The notes: generated by a model from the sequence alone, not told the origin. Counted from the stretch's first letter, positions 1 through 11,935 are shown. The stretch: DNA of 64,000 nucleotides from an uncultured Pseudomonadales bacterium (GCA_964601735.1 CAZROO010000004.1:10289-74288); one strand, 5' to 3'. Translations and numbers: made by a program.

Positions 1-1922
1 GCGGCATTGTGGTGCGCGGCAAAACCCATATTGAGGGTGAGGACACCAACAAGCCGGTCATCGTGATTGAGGAAGTGCCTTACCAGGTGAACAAGGCCCG
101 GCTGGTGGAGCGTATTGCCGAACTGGTGAAGGACAAGGTGATTGAAGACATTGGCGACTTGCGCGATGAGTCTGACCGTCACGGCGTGCGTGTGGTGGTG
201 GAACTAAAGCGCGGCGCCAATACCGATGTGGTGTTGAACCAGCTTTATAAGCATACTGATTTGCAAATCAGCTTCAGCTACAACATGGTGGTGCTGGATA
301 AGGGCTTGCCGCGGTTGTACGGGATTGCCGATATTTTGCGTTGTTTCCTGGCCCACCGCGAGGAAGTGGTGACCCGCCGTACCCGTTACCGCCTGGGCAA
401 GGCCCGTGACCGCGCGCACATTTTGGTGGGGCTTTCGGTGGCTGTGGCCAACCTGGACGAGGTGATTAAAATCATTCGTGGCGCCGCCGACCCGAGCATC
501 GCCAAGGAGCAACTGATGGGCCGCCGCTGGCCTGCCGATAGCGTGAAGCCGCTGCTGGAACTGCTGGGCGAAACGCTTGACGCCACCAGCTACCAGTTGA
601 GCGATGTGCAAGCGCAGGCCATTCTGGATTTGCGCCTGCACCGCCTGACCGGCCTGGAACGCGACAAGATTAACGACGAAACGCAGGAAATCTCCCAGAC
701 CATCAGCTACCTGCTGGGGATTTTGGGCAATCGCGCCACGCTGCTGGGGGTTATCAAAGACGAACTGAACGAGGTGAAGGAGCAATTTGCCACCCCGCGC
801 AAGACCGTGATTATGGAGAGCGCGGCGGATGTGAACCTGGAAGACCTCATCCAGCCGGAAGACGTGGTGGTGACCATCAGCTCGGATGGTTATGCCAAGC
901 GCGTGCCTCTGGCGGCCTTCCGCGCCCAGCGCCGCGGCGGCAAGGGCCGTGCCGGTGCCAACCTGCGCGAAAACGAGCAAATGGCCACGCTATTTGTGTG
1001 TAACACGCACGACCCGGTACTGTTCTTTACCAGCAAGGGCAATGTGTTCCGCATCAAGGCCTATGAGCTGCCCGCTGCCAGCACACAAACGCGCGGCAAG
1101 GCGCTGGTGAATATTTTGTCTCTCGACAAAGAGGAAAGCGTTGCCGCGGTGGTACCGGTGCCGCGCGACGAAAGCACGCACGCCAGCCACTTTTTGGTGT
1201 TTGCGACCGAAAAGGGCATGGTGCGCAAAACGCCGCTTACCGCCTACGCCAACGTGCGCGCCAACGGCATTTACGGCATGGGCCTGAACGACGGCGACCG
1301 CTTGCTGGCCGTGCACCTGCTGCCGCGCCTTGAAACCGAACGGGGTGAAGCGAGTGTGCTCATCTCCTCCAAAAACGGGCAGGCGGTGCGCTTCAGCGCG
1401 GCGGAAGATGAAATCCGCCCCATCGCCAGCCGTACCAGCATTGGCGTGCGCGGCATGTCCCTCCGTAACGGTGACAGCGCCATGGCCATGCATGTGATGG
1501 TGAAGAGCGCCGTGAGCCATGTGCTGACCGTGACCGAAAACGGCTACGGCAAGCTGAGCGTGGCCGACGATTACCCGGAAAAAGGGCGTGGCACGATGGG
1601 GGTGATTTCCATCCAGACCACCGACCGGAATGGGCAAGTGGTGGCGGCGATTCCCGTGCATACCGACGACCAGGTGATGATTGCCACCGCCGACGGCCAG
1701 ATGATTCGCATGAAGGTGAAGGACATTTCGGTGATGGGCCGCAACACGCAGGGCGTGCGGTTGTTCAGTACCGACGGCGCCAAGGTGAAGCTGGTGACCC
1801 GCCTGGCCACCAACGTGCTGGGTAGCGAGGATGAATCGGCTTCTGCCGATGAAAGCCCGGCCACCGAGATTGCCGCGATGGCCGAGGAAACCGCCGCCAA
1901 TGAAGAAAAGACAATCAATTAA
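1..1922 (+). CDS. gyrA: DNA gyrase subunit A, C-terminal part (5' end outside window)
   Basis: Frame is open from the window edge. GyrA-box QRRGGKG is present, followed by beta-pinwheel repeats and an acidic C-terminal tail (EDESASADES...). Confidence 0.9.
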   Translation, partial: GIVVRGKTHIEGEDTNKPVIVIEEVPYQVNKARLVERIAELVKDKVIEDIGDLRDESDRHGVRVVVELKRGANTDVVLNQLYKHTDLQISFSYNMVVLDKGLPRLYGIADILRCFLAHREEVVTRRTRYRLGKARDRAHILVGLSVAVANLDEVIKIIRGAADPSIAKEQLMGRRWPADSVKPLLELLGETLDATSYQLSDVQAQAILDLRLHRLTGLERDKINDETQEISQTISYLLGILGNRATLLGVIKDELNEVKEQFATPRKTVIMESAADVNLEDLIQPEDVVVTISSDGYAKRVPLAAFRAQRRGGKGRAGANLRENEQMATLFVCNTHDPVLFFTSKGNVFRIKAYELPAASTQTRGKALVNILSLDKEESVAAVVPVPRDESTHASHFLVFATEKGMVRKTPLTAYANVRANGIYGMGLNDGDRLLAVHLLPRLETERGEASVLISSKNGQAVRFSAAEDEIRPIASRTSIGVRGMSLRNGDSAMAMHVMVKSAVSHVLTVTENGYGKLSVADDYPEKGRGTMGVISIQTTDRNGQVVAAIPVHTDDQVMIATADGQMIRMKVKDISVMGRNTQGVRLFSTDGAKVKLVTRLATNVLGSEDESASADESPATEIAAMAEETAANEEKTIN

Positions 1923-2000
1923 ACCGGCCATGAAAACCGTGGCGTGGGCAACCACGCCACTTGGCCCATTGTGGGGTGAGGGCACTGGCAAGGGTGTGTT

Positions 2001-2579
2001 GTGAAAAAAAGCATTCTGGCTTTAGGTTTGATACTGGCGGGGTGTTCTTCGCCCATGAACTGGCGCCCGGCGGATATCGACATTCATCCGGCCACGGCAC
2101 ACTCGCGCTATGTGGTGTTCGCGTTCCGGCAGGGTGATGTGACGGTTGAGTTGAACGACAACAATCCGGCGACGCGGCATTTACTCGAGGCTGCGACGCA
2201 GGGCTACTATAACGGCTCGTTTGTTTATGACAGACGACCGAACTATTTCATCCGCTTTGGCGAGGCCTACTGGCAGGGCCGTGAGCCCAGCCCGCGCTGG
2301 CTGATTGAGGCGACCAACGCCCGCCGCGCAGACAGTTTGGGGCATGGGCAGGTGGCGTTGCCGATTCTGGCCCGTGTGGATGCGACGCATATGATTGTCG
2401 GCCCGCAGTTGCTGCTGGTGACGACTTACAACATCAACCAGGGCGACATGCCCGGCGACTTGCTGCCGGTGGGCACGGTGGTGCGCGGCGAGGATGTGCT
2501 CAAAACCGTGGTGAAGGGTGATAAGGTTATCAGCGCGGTTGAAGGCGTGCGGGTTGCAAAAGACCCGCAACCCCGTTAA
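2001..2579 (+). CDS. lipoprotein with divergent cyclophilin-like PPIase fold
   Basis: Lipobox LILAGC after MKKSILALG. Loose match to cyclophilin pattern (YYNGSFVYDRRPNYFIRFG ... GQVALPIL ... GTVVRGEDVLKTV). Confidence 0.45.
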   Translation: MKKSILALGLILAGCSSPMNWRPADIDIHPATAHSRYVVFAFRQGDVTVELNDNNPATRHLLEAATQGYYNGSFVYDRRPNYFIRFGEAYWQGREPSPRWLIEATNARRADSLGHGQVALPILARVDATHMIVGPQLLLVTTYNINQGDMPGDLLPVGTVVRGEDVLKTVVKGDKVISAVEGVRVAKDPQPR

Positions 2580-2588
2580 GGGCGGGGC

Positions 2589-4740
<2,152 letters not shown>

Positions 4741-5169
4741 CTACTGGCCGCTGTCCTCACTGGTGCCGGCCTTGGCATGGGCGGCGCGATTCAACCTGTG
4801 GATTTCCGGATTCTCAAATACCGGCGTTAACCTGTTGGTGTCGGGGTCGAGCACGTAACGCCCGTTCTGCTGCAAGTTTTTTTGATACCATGCCCGAGTG
4901 TGCTGGCCCGCGGCTTCACCGTAGGTTTCGGTCGAGGTTGTGGTTACGCCGGGTTGCATATCGGCCGGGGCGTTCACGTCGGTTACCGTGGCGGGTGCCG
5001 GGTTTTTGGTGGCCCAGCTTCGCTCCACGCTGGTATTCGACACATTACCGTAATCGTCGGTGCTGGTGCTGGTCGATTTTTCGTAACCGTATTGGTAATC
5101 TTCGGCATAAGCGCCGGTCACAGGCAGGGCGGCCAGCAAGGCCAGGACACTCAAAGCTTTCATGGTCAT
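4741..5169 (-). CDS. secreted hypothetical protein
   Basis: RBS AGGAG lies 8 nt before ATG at 5169. Signal peptide MKALSVLALLAALPVTGAYA, then a Thr/Ser-rich mature region. Confidence 0.5.
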   Translation of the reverse strand: MTMKALSVLALLAALPVTGAYAEDYQYGYEKSTSTSTDDYGNVSNTSVERSWATKNPAPATVTDVNAPADMQPGVTTTSTETYGEAAGQHTRAWYQKNLQQNGRYVLDPDTNRLTPVFENPEIHRLNRAAHAKAGTSEDSGQ

Positions 5170-5264
5170 GTCTTCAGCTCCTTTATTAAGAGCCATTTTA
5201 ACAGAATCATGCCAAAATTCTGTAAGAACCTTGGTGAGTTAAGCGGGGCGGAGGAAAGGCTTGA

Positions 5265-5339
5265 TGGTGGGCCGCGTAAGGATCGAACTTACGACCAATT
5301 GATTAAGAGTCAACTGCTCTACCGCTGAGCTAGCGGCCC
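5265..5339 (-). tRNA. tRNA-Lys (anticodon CTT)
   Basis: Cloverleaf on the minus strand: GGGCCGCTAGCTCAGCGGTAGAGC...CTCTTAA loop...GGTTCGATCC...CCA. Confidence 0.8.
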
Positions 5340-5504
5340 ACGCATTGCCAGATAGTGATTATTTGGGGATTCGTCAAGTCTACTTTTGTGCCTTTGGCCC
5401 AATACCGCGCACAGCTTTGCTGTTCCGCGGTCCCGCTTATGAAATTCGCCTTTGGCGAATACCGCTCACGTGTCCAAAGTCGCCTGCGGCGGGTATTTAT
5501 GAAT

Positions 5505-5579
5505 TGGTAGGCCGTCGCAGGATCGAACTGCGGACACTCTGGTTAAAAGCCAGATGCTCTACCACTGAGCTAACGGCCC
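5505..5579 (-). tRNA. tRNA-Lys (anticodon TTT)
   Basis: Minus strand: GGGCCGTTAGCTCAGTGGTAGAGC ... anticodon loop CTTTTAA ... GGTTCGATCC ... CCA. Confidence 0.8.
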
Positions 5580-5642
5580 ACCGCGCGCTAAATAGGGGTT
5601 TTTACCTTGCCGCGTCAAGTCAAAACGCCCCCCAGTGCATTA

Positions 5643-6797
5643 TTAGGCCGTCAGTAATTTAAGCTCGGCGTCGGGCAGTTTGCGGGGAAAGTATGCCGCT
5701 TTCCGCACCCAGCCATTGGCAAAAGCCGACCCATCGTTGCCCAGACGCAGCGTGCTCAGTCCACCAGGTACCGCACCACTGGCGGCGGTGCTGACGGTCC
5801 CGCCATTGGCGCAGGCGTTAAAAGCACCGTTTTTATAGCCAACAGCCAACTTGTAAACCGTATTAGCCGCCGGGCTCGAAAGCACCCCGGCCTCCATCAC
5901 CGTGCTCCCGGAAGAATCTACCGTTACCCTCAACTGTCCGCCGCTTTGCCCCAGCAACAAGCGGTTAGAGGCGCTACCGTCATCCAGTTGAATCAACGGT
6001 TGGTTGATGCTGCCATTCACGCCCTCAAAAATTCCTTCCACCAGCAGCGTGCCCTCGGTGGGATTGAATCCGATGACTGCCAGGTTCCCCAGCGTCACTA
6101 CATCAGCACTCCGGCTCATGGGGTCCACGCCGGTGGCAATCAGGCTGGTGGCCACGCCGGTTTGTTCGGCCTGGATGCCCCACGCCACATTCTCACCTAC
6201 CACGGGCGCACCGTGGAAAACCAGAATGCTCGAACTCGTCCCCGTCGCCAGCGTCGCGGTCAACTGGGCGCGATACCAGCCATTATCCACGGCCTGTACG
6301 CTGCAGCTGGTGACGCCGGCCGAGGCGCTGATCACCGAGCCATCCTGACAGCTGAAAGTCAGCAAGGCGGGGTCGCTGCCGCCGCCAAACACGGTATTGT
6401 CGCTGCCGAACAGCACGGTGCCGTCGCCGCTCACATATTTGAAATAACCGCTGAAGGTGAGGGGTGCGCCATTGGTCAACCCCGCCAGGCTGCGGTACAC
6501 GCCGCTATACCACAGCGCATCCATGACAATCGAAAACGCAGCGCCGCCATCCGGCACGGCTGCCGCATGCAGCACCGCGTTGCCGTTCAAGTTCCATTGG
6601 CTCAAATCGTTACTGTAAGTGGCCTGGTTCACCGTCGCTGCTTCAATCAGTAAACCATCGGCCGAAATGCTGGGCGTGCCACCGCTCACAAATCCCACCG
6701 GCAAGCCTTGTCGGAAGTCCACCTGCCACAGAGGGCAGGGGCTCACGCCACCCGTTACCGATATGGCAGGCGGCGAGGCTATCGTTCGCACCGTCAT
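5643..6797 (-). CDS. hypothetical protein, phage tail-fibre/host-specificity-like (Gly/Ser/Thr-rich beta-rich)
   Basis: RBS AGGAGACAG before ATG at 6797. 384 aa, Gly/Thr/Ser-rich with no hydrophobic signal. Sits beside tandem tRNA-Lys genes, a classic prophage integration site. Confidence 0.5.
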   Translation of the reverse strand: MTVRTIASPPAISVTGGVSPCPLWQVDFRQGLPVGFVSGGTPSISADGLLIEAATVNQATYSNDLSQWNLNGNAVLHAAAVPDGGAAFSIVMDALWYSGVYRSLAGLTNGAPLTFSGYFKYVSGDGTVLFGSDNTVFGGGSDPALLTFSCQDGSVISASAGVTSCSVQAVDNGWYRAQLTATLATGTSSSILVFHGAPVVGENVAWGIQAEQTGVATSLIATGVDPMSRSADVVTLGNLAVIGFNPTEGTLLVEGIFEGVNGSINQPLIQLDDGSASNRLLLGQSGGQLRVTVDSSGSTVMEAGVLSSPAANTVYKLAVGYKNGAFNACANGGTVSTAASGAVPGGLSTLRLGNDGSAFANGWVRKAAYFPRKLPDAELKLLTA

Positions 6798-6806
6798 CGC
6801 TGTCTC

Positions 6807-7118
6807 CTAAGATTGCCGCACCATGAAGGCCCACGTGCCGTCGGCGGCATTCAGGCGCACGGCGGTGACGGGGCGCAGAATCTTCTCCGCCGCGCTTGCG
6901 GTATGGGCTCCCAGAGGGCTGTCCACCCATACGGCGCTATCCGCCAGCACGTTCTCGATGTCGTCGAGGGTAATTTGCACCTTGGCGCCGCTGGAGGGCG
7001 TGCCGGAAGTCAACGCGCACACCACGCTCACCTCGCGGTTGGGGTTGACGACAAAGCTGTCGCTGATGGCGGTAATGCCAGACTGGTTCTCAAAGGTAAC
7101 AACGGTACGCACCGTCAT
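6807..7118 (-). CDS. small hypothetical protein, co-operonic with the tail-like gene
   Basis: RBS AGGAG lies 9 nt before ATG at 7118 (internal Met of the listed ORF). Both genes begin MTVRT. It is 9 nt upstream of the next gene. Confidence 0.4.
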   Translation of the reverse strand: MTVRTVVTFENQSGITAISDSFVVNPNREVSVVCALTSGTPSSGAKVQITLDDIENVLADSAVWVDSPLGAHTASAAEKILRPVTAVRLNAADGTWAFMVRQS

Positions 7119-7170
7119 GGTTGGTTTCTCCTGTTGATGATTATTAGGGTATGCACGCAAAAAACCGGCT

Positions 7171-7349
7171 CAAAGGCTGTTTGCGTAACTATTTGTGAAT
7201 TTGCCGCCCTTATGGGTAGCTCAGCCAAACCGTGTCTGGATCTGGTTTTCTCCTCCTATCGCAGTGTTTCAACTGCGGGTCGTCGTCCAAAACACAAACC
7301 AGCCACGGTTTGGCTGGCTACAAATTCACAAATAGTTATGCAAACAGCC
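7171..7349. repeat. nested inverted-repeat element (29-bp outer arms with 1 mismatch, 13-bp inner arms)
   Basis: GGCTGTTTGCGTAACTATTTGTGAATTTG at 7171-7199 pairs with CAAATTCACAAATAGTTATGCAAACAGCC at 7321-7349. Inner arms CAGCCAAACCGTG and CACGGTTTGGCTG are also present. Confidence 0.6.
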
Positions 7350-7418
7350 TTGTTACAGAACCGGTAGCGTGGTGAATTACTACTTCAGGTTGTGGCGTGT
7401 GTCAAATTTAAAAGCAGA

Positions 7419-7449
7419 AGAGGGGGCTTTAGCCCCCTCTTTCCCCTCG
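7419..7449 (-). terminator. hairpin terminator downstream of rpoH
   Basis: AGAGGGGGC-TTT-AGCCCCCTCT stem-loop with a T-rich tract on the minus strand just after the rpoH stop. Confidence 0.5.
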
Positions 7450-7465
7450 GCGCCGTTATGGCGCG

Positions 7466-8311
7466 TCAGTTCACCTGCTTTTGCTTAATATGCTTCTGCA
7501 CCTTGCGATACGCGCGGTCTTCCAACTGGCGCACGCGCTCGCGGCTTACGCCGTAAATGCGGCTCAGGTCTTCAAGCGTCGGCATCTTCTCCTCCTCGGT
7601 CAGGCGGCGGGCCACGAGAATCTGGCGTTCGCGTTCGTCGAGGGTGTCCAATGCCTCCTTCAGCTTGCCCTGGCGCTCCTTGCCCACCTGCATTGCGCCG
7701 TAACGGTCCTCGATGCTGGCGCGGGTGTCGGGAATAAAGTTCTGCCATTCGTTCACGTCATCGTCGTCGTTGAGGCTCACGTTGAGGCTTTCGTCGCCGT
7801 GGCGCAGACGCTGGTCCATCAGGATCACGTCGTTCTGGTTCACGCCAAGCGTTTTACTGATTTTGGCGATGGCGTCCGGGCTCAACTGACTGCTGCCTTC
7901 GTCCATCAACTCGCTACGCAGGCGGCGAAGGTTGAAGAATAGCTTCTTCTGTGTGCCGGATGTCCCGATCTTGACCATGCTCCAGTTGTTCAAAATGTAC
8001 TCCTGGATGCTGGCCTTAATCCACCACATGGCATAGGTGCTCAGGCGAAAGCCGCGGTCGGGCTCAAAGCGGGCAATCGCCTGCATCAAGCCCACGTTGC
8101 CTTCCTGGATCAGTTCCTCCACCGGCAGGCCATAGCCGCGAAAGCTCATGGCGACCTTCACCACCAGCCGCAGGTAGCTCTGCATCAGCTTGTGGCAGGC
8201 GCGCTGGTCTTGTTTGTCGCGCCACTGGCGGGCCAGCAATTGTTCTTCCTCAAAGCTCAGCGGGGCGTACTTCTGCACCTGCGTAATGTATTGACTCACC
8301 AGTTCGGCCAT
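7466..8311 (-). CDS. rpoH: RNA polymerase sigma-32 factor
   Basis: Regions 2 and 4 of a sigma-70 family protein plus the RpoH box (QKKLFFNLRRLR). Confidence 0.9.
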   Translation of the reverse strand: MAELVSQYITQVQKYAPLSFEEEQLLARQWRDKQDQRACHKLMQSYLRLVVKVAMSFRGYGLPVEELIQEGNVGLMQAIARFEPDRGFRLSTYAMWWIKASIQEYILNNWSMVKIGTSGTQKKLFFNLRRLRSELMDEGSSQLSPDAIAKISKTLGVNQNDVILMDQRLRHGDESLNVSLNDDDDVNEWQNFIPDTRASIEDRYGAMQVGKERQGKLKEALDTLDERERQILVARRLTEEEKMPTLEDLSRIYGVSRERVRQLEDRAYRKVQKHIKQKQVN

Positions 8312-8476
8312 AGGCCCTCCTTGTTTAAAACGCCAAGAGCAAGGCTGTTTTCAAGTCCCAGCCGAACCCTTGTCACCATATTGTATGCAAAACCTGTCAA
8401 CCCCCGCCTGACAGGGGTATTTTTGATGTCAAGGGCTTGACGAATTCGGGCTGGAAATCAGCCAAATAAGTGTGTT

Positions 8477-9445
8477 TTAGCGTAACAAGGCCAGTAGGGC
8501 GGCCAAGTCCGCCGGCAGCGGGCTTTTGAAGCTGAGCCGCTCATTGGTCATGGGGTGGGTAAACCCCAGCTCCGCCGCATGCAACGCCTGCCGTTTGAAG
8601 TCCTTCAAGGCCCTGTTCGCGGTCTCCGAGGCGCCTTTGAGCGGCCCGGATTTTCCGTACATCGGGTCGCCCAGCAACGGGTGACCCAAATGGGCCATGT
8701 GCACCCGGATCTGGTGCGTCCGCCCGGTCTCCAACCGGCATTCCACCAGGGCGGCGCCGGTCAGCGGCTCCAGCACCTTGTAATAGGTAACGGCCTCCTT
8801 GGCCCCACTGGTGCCTTCGCGCAGCACAGCGCGCTTTTTCCGGTCCACCGGGTGGCGGCCGATCAGCCCGGCCACCTTTCCGGCGGCGGGCATGGGCACG
8901 CCGCGCACGATCGCCTGGTAGGCCCGGTGGATATCATGCCGGGCAAACTGCCCCGCCAAACCCCGGTGGGCGCGGTCGTGTTTGGCCGCCACCAGAATCC
9001 CCGAGGTATCCTTGTCGATCCGGTGAACGATCCCGGGCCGTGCCTCGCCGTTGATACCCGAGAGGCTTTGGCCGCAGTGGCCCAGCAGCGCATGCACCAG
9101 CGTGCCGGTGTCATGACCCAGGCTGGGGTGCACGGCCATCCCGGCGGGCTTGTCCACCACGATCAGGTCGTCATCCTCGTACAGGATGACGAGGGGGATG
9201 TTCTCGGCCTTGAGCTCGGCGGCTTCGACGGCGGGCACGTCGACGGTATAAATTTCGCCCACGCGCACTTTGCGCGCCGGATTCGCTTCAATTTCGCCGT
9301 TTTTCCGGACAAAATGCTCCTTGATCCACCGCTGCACCGCCACCCGTGAGGCATTGGCGCTACCGATCTGCACCACCAGCCAGGCGTCCAGCCGCTGGCC
9401 GCCTTCCACCACGGTAAAGGTCAAAACCCCTTGCATTCCTGCCAT
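8477..9445 (-). CDS. rluD: RluA-family 23S rRNA pseudouridine synthase (RluD-like)
   Basis: S4-like N-terminus and catalytic motif HRIDKDTSGILV. The rluD-rpoH neighbourhood is typical. Confidence 0.8.
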   Translation of the reverse strand: MAGMQGVLTFTVVEGGQRLDAWLVVQIGSANASRVAVQRWIKEHFVRKNGEIEANPARKVRVGEIYTVDVPAVEAAELKAENIPLVILYEDDDLIVVDKPAGMAVHPSLGHDTGTLVHALLGHCGQSLSGINGEARPGIVHRIDKDTSGILVAAKHDRAHRGLAGQFARHDIHRAYQAIVRGVPMPAAGKVAGLIGRHPVDRKKRAVLREGTSGAKEAVTYYKVLEPLTGAALVECRLETGRTHQIRVHMAHLGHPLLGDPMYGKSGPLKGASETANRALKDFKRQALHAAELGFTHPMTNERLSFKSPLPADLAALLALLR

Positions 9446-9546
9446 TTAGGGCCAAACCCCCGCCACCGCAAGCCGCCGGTGATTTTTCGTGTCTTTTTCA
9501 GGTTTTAAGGGTTGTAAAATTAGACTGAAATACCAAATGGTTAGCG

Positions 9547-10632
9547 ATGAAACCGCGCGTCCTCCATGTGGCCGAAACCCTGCCGGGCGGCGTCGCCACA
9601 ATCATGCGCCTGCTTATGCTCGACCAAACCCGCCGCTACGGCGCCACCCGCGTTATGGCTCTGATTCCCCAGCGCTACAGCCATTTTCTGCTGGTTAACG
9701 ATAGCCAGAAACACACCTATTTCCGCAGCGGGCGCAACTTTCTGGCGCTGCTGCAACTGGGCTGGGAACTGGCCGTGCTGGTGTGGCGCACCCGGCCCGA
9801 TGTTGTTCATTTACATAGTACTTTTGCGGGTGCTATCGGCCGCCCGGTGCTTTTCGCCCTGCGGCCCTGGCGCAGGGCAAAGGTGGTTTACTGCCCCCAC
9901 GCCTTTTCGTTTCTGATGGACGAGTCTCCCTTCAAAAAAAGCCTATTCGCCTTTGCCGAATACCTTCTGGCGGCCGTTACTCACGCTATCATCTGCGTCA
10001 GCCATGACGAGAAAAGAATGGCCGAGCACTTAGGCCTGTCGCCGCATAACCTCAAGGTCATCCAGAATGGTATCGAGGTTTCCAGCCGCAAGGCCAAAAA
10101 CCCCTTTACGCTGCCCCAAGGCGTTTTGAATGTGCTGTTTGTAGGCCGGTTCGATTACCAGAAGGGCTTTGACCTGCTACAAAAGGTCATGGCTAAGCTG
10201 CAGGGCCAATCCGTTCACCTCACTGCCGTCGGTGCGCCGGTGCTGGGGTATAAATACCCAGAAAAAGCGCCCAATATCACCTATACTGGTTGGCTGGAGC
10301 CACAGTATGTCGAAGCATTGATGGGAGAGGCCGACGTATTGGCCATGCCCTCCCGCTACGAAGGTTTTGGTTTGGTTTTGGTTGAAGCGATGAGCCAGGG
10401 CATGCCTGCACTGGCCAGCGACATTGGCCCGCTGCGTGAGGTAGGGCAGGAGAGCGCTATTTTCCTTAAGCCCGAAAATACCAATGCCTGGGTCAAAGCC
10501 CTGCAAACTACGTCGCCGGCCGCCTGGCGTAAGCTCGGCAAGGCGGGCAAGGAAATCTACCAGCGCCAATTTACGGCCGCCCGCATGTGCCGCGAAACCG
10601 CCGCGCTCTACACTAAACTCCTGCAAAAATGA
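9547..10632 (+). CDS. glycosyltransferase family 4 (GT-B, retaining)
   Basis: EGFGLVLVEAMSQGMPALASDIGP matches the GT4 EX7E-type motif. Confidence 0.75.
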   Translation: MKPRVLHVAETLPGGVATIMRLLMLDQTRRYGATRVMALIPQRYSHFLLVNDSQKHTYFRSGRNFLALLQLGWELAVLVWRTRPDVVHLHSTFAGAIGRPVLFALRPWRRAKVVYCPHAFSFLMDESPFKKSLFAFAEYLLAAVTHAIICVSHDEKRMAEHLGLSPHNLKVIQNGIEVSSRKAKNPFTLPQGVLNVLFVGRFDYQKGFDLLQKVMAKLQGQSVHLTAVGAPVLGYKYPEKAPNITYTGWLEPQYVEALMGEADVLAMPSRYEGFGLVLVEAMSQGMPALASDIGPLREVGQESAIFLKPENTNAWVKALQTTSPAAWRKLGKAGKEIYQRQFTAARMCRETAALYTKLLQK

Positions 10633-11657
10633 CCTCCAAACGCTGGTTACCGTGGGTTTTCAGCATTGTTCCTGTCGTCGGCTACTTGTTGGCGATGTTC
10701 GTGTTTTATGACCGGCTGCCGGAGCAATGGAGTATCGATTCCAGCTATCTGCAAGACCTCATACAGGGCGGCACGACGCTTGATGCCGACTCATATGGCG
10801 GCACGGCAAGATTGTTAGGGCTTATTCCCGATACTCTTCTCCAAATATCTATTCTTCTCCTTGGCCTTGTCATGATTGTGTTTTTTGGCCGTGGTGTTCT
10901 GACGGTTAGGGGCGGCATTACAGCGTTTATTCTGCTTACACCGCTTTTGCTGATGGGGCTGCTGCAGCCTCAAAAAGAAGTCATTGTCGCGGCCATGAGC
11001 CTTGCGGTTTTGCTGACGGCTTGCAAAAGCAAAAAAGCCTGGCCATCCCTTGTTATTCTGGTGGAGCTGTATGCTGCCTATGGGCTTTTTGTGCGGCCTT
11101 ACTATTTGCTGATTCTGCCTGTTTGCGGTGTGCTTTATGCCCTGCCGCGCTGGCCGCAGTGGTTTAAAGTTTTGGTGATGGGCTGTGCCTTTTGCGCCTT
11201 GTGGCTCGTGCCACCGGAGGTTTTTACCAGCTTGCAGGGTGTTAGGGATGATAATAATTTTGACCGTATTCTTGGCGAGTTGGGCAACCGGACCTTTTTC
11301 TTCAATCCGTTTTCGCCTGAGCACCCTTTAGGTTTTCTAGGGAATTATGCCTACGCGGCGTTACGGCTTAACTTGCCAGTTTTATTCAGCTTTCAGCCGC
11401 AGGAAATTTTTTTGAGCCTGACCAGTTTGCTTTACGGTGCGCTGGTTTATGCCCAGCTAGCCTGGGGAAACTGGCGGGCGCGTTTGATGGGTTGCCTGTT
11501 TTTGGCGCATTTGATGGTGCTATGGTTGTTCGAGCCCGACCTTGGCAGCTATTTGCGGCATGCCTCGTCGGCGGTGGCGTACCTGTGGCCGGGGCTGGCT
11601 TTATGGCAGAAACGCTGGGTTAAATTGCCCACGCGGTTGGATATTTTTAGCGCGTGA
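10629..11657 (+). CDS. polytopic membrane protein (possible polysaccharide polymerase or accessory protein), lower GC
   Basis: At least 9 hydrophobic helices. ATGA overlap with the GT4 gene. Noticeably lower GC than neighbours. Confidence 0.5.
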   Translation: MTSKRWLPWVFSIVPVVGYLLAMFVFYDRLPEQWSIDSSYLQDLIQGGTTLDADSYGGTARLLGLIPDTLLQISILLLGLVMIVFFGRGVLTVRGGITAFILLTPLLLMGLLQPQKEVIVAAMSLAVLLTACKSKKAWPSLVILVELYAAYGLFVRPYYLLILPVCGVLYALPRWPQWFKVLVMGCAFCALWLVPPEVFTSLQGVRDDNNFDRILGELGNRTFFFNPFSPEHPLGFLGNYAYAALRLNLPVLFSFQPQEIFLSLTSLLYGALVYAQLAWGNWRARLMGCLFLAHLMVLWLFEPDLGSYLRHASSAVAYLWPGLALWQKRWVKLPTRLDIFSA

Positions 11658-11841
11658 CGGCTTGGGCCTCGGTGCCCATACAACTTAAAAAATGATGAAA
11701 TCCGCCGATTTTAAAGACGTTCCAGCCGAGTTTTTCCTTTACCGCGTAGAGCGTGAGGCCCACCGGCACGGTGCTGGCAAGATAGAGAACAACGAAAATA
11801 ATTACTTTAAGAATGCGCTTTAATGATTTGTTATTTTTCAT
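11647..11841 (-). CDS. possible small membrane protein in AT-rich patch
   Basis: 64-aa ORF with one TM helix in a ~35% GC stretch next to tRNA-Glu. No clear RBS. Confidence 0.2.
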   Translation of the reverse strand: MKNNKSLKRILKVIIFVVLYLASTVPVGLTLYAVKEKLGWNVFKIGGFHHFLSCMGTEAQAVTR

Positions 11842-11860
11842 TTTATCATGCGCTTTTAAT

Positions 11861-11935
11861 TGGCGTCCCGTAGGGGAATCGAACCCCTGTTTCCACCGTG
11901 AAAGGGTAGCGTCCTAACCGCTAGACGAACGGGAC
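11861..11935 (-). tRNA. tRNA-Glu (anticodon TTC)
   Basis: GTCCCGTTCGTCTAGCGGTTAGGACGCTACCCTTTCACGG...GGTTCGATTCCCC...CCA on the minus strand. Confidence 0.85.

Noticed and set aside
204-1991. Long antisense ORFs (204-980, 990-1991, minus) inside gyrA
   Set aside because: Typical shadow ORFs of a high-GC coding region. Their products are Ala/Arg/His low-complexity, and the sense-strand GyrA homology is unambiguous.
5345-5662. 105-aa plus-strand ORF spanning the tRNA-Lys(TTT) region
   Set aside because: It overlaps a well-formed tRNA and has no RBS. It is an artefact of the tRNA-rich stretch.
9489-9698. Upstream in-frame extension of the GT4 gene
   Set aside because: It is in a different frame from the GT4 ORF. 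ATG at 9547 gives a typical GT4 N-terminus.
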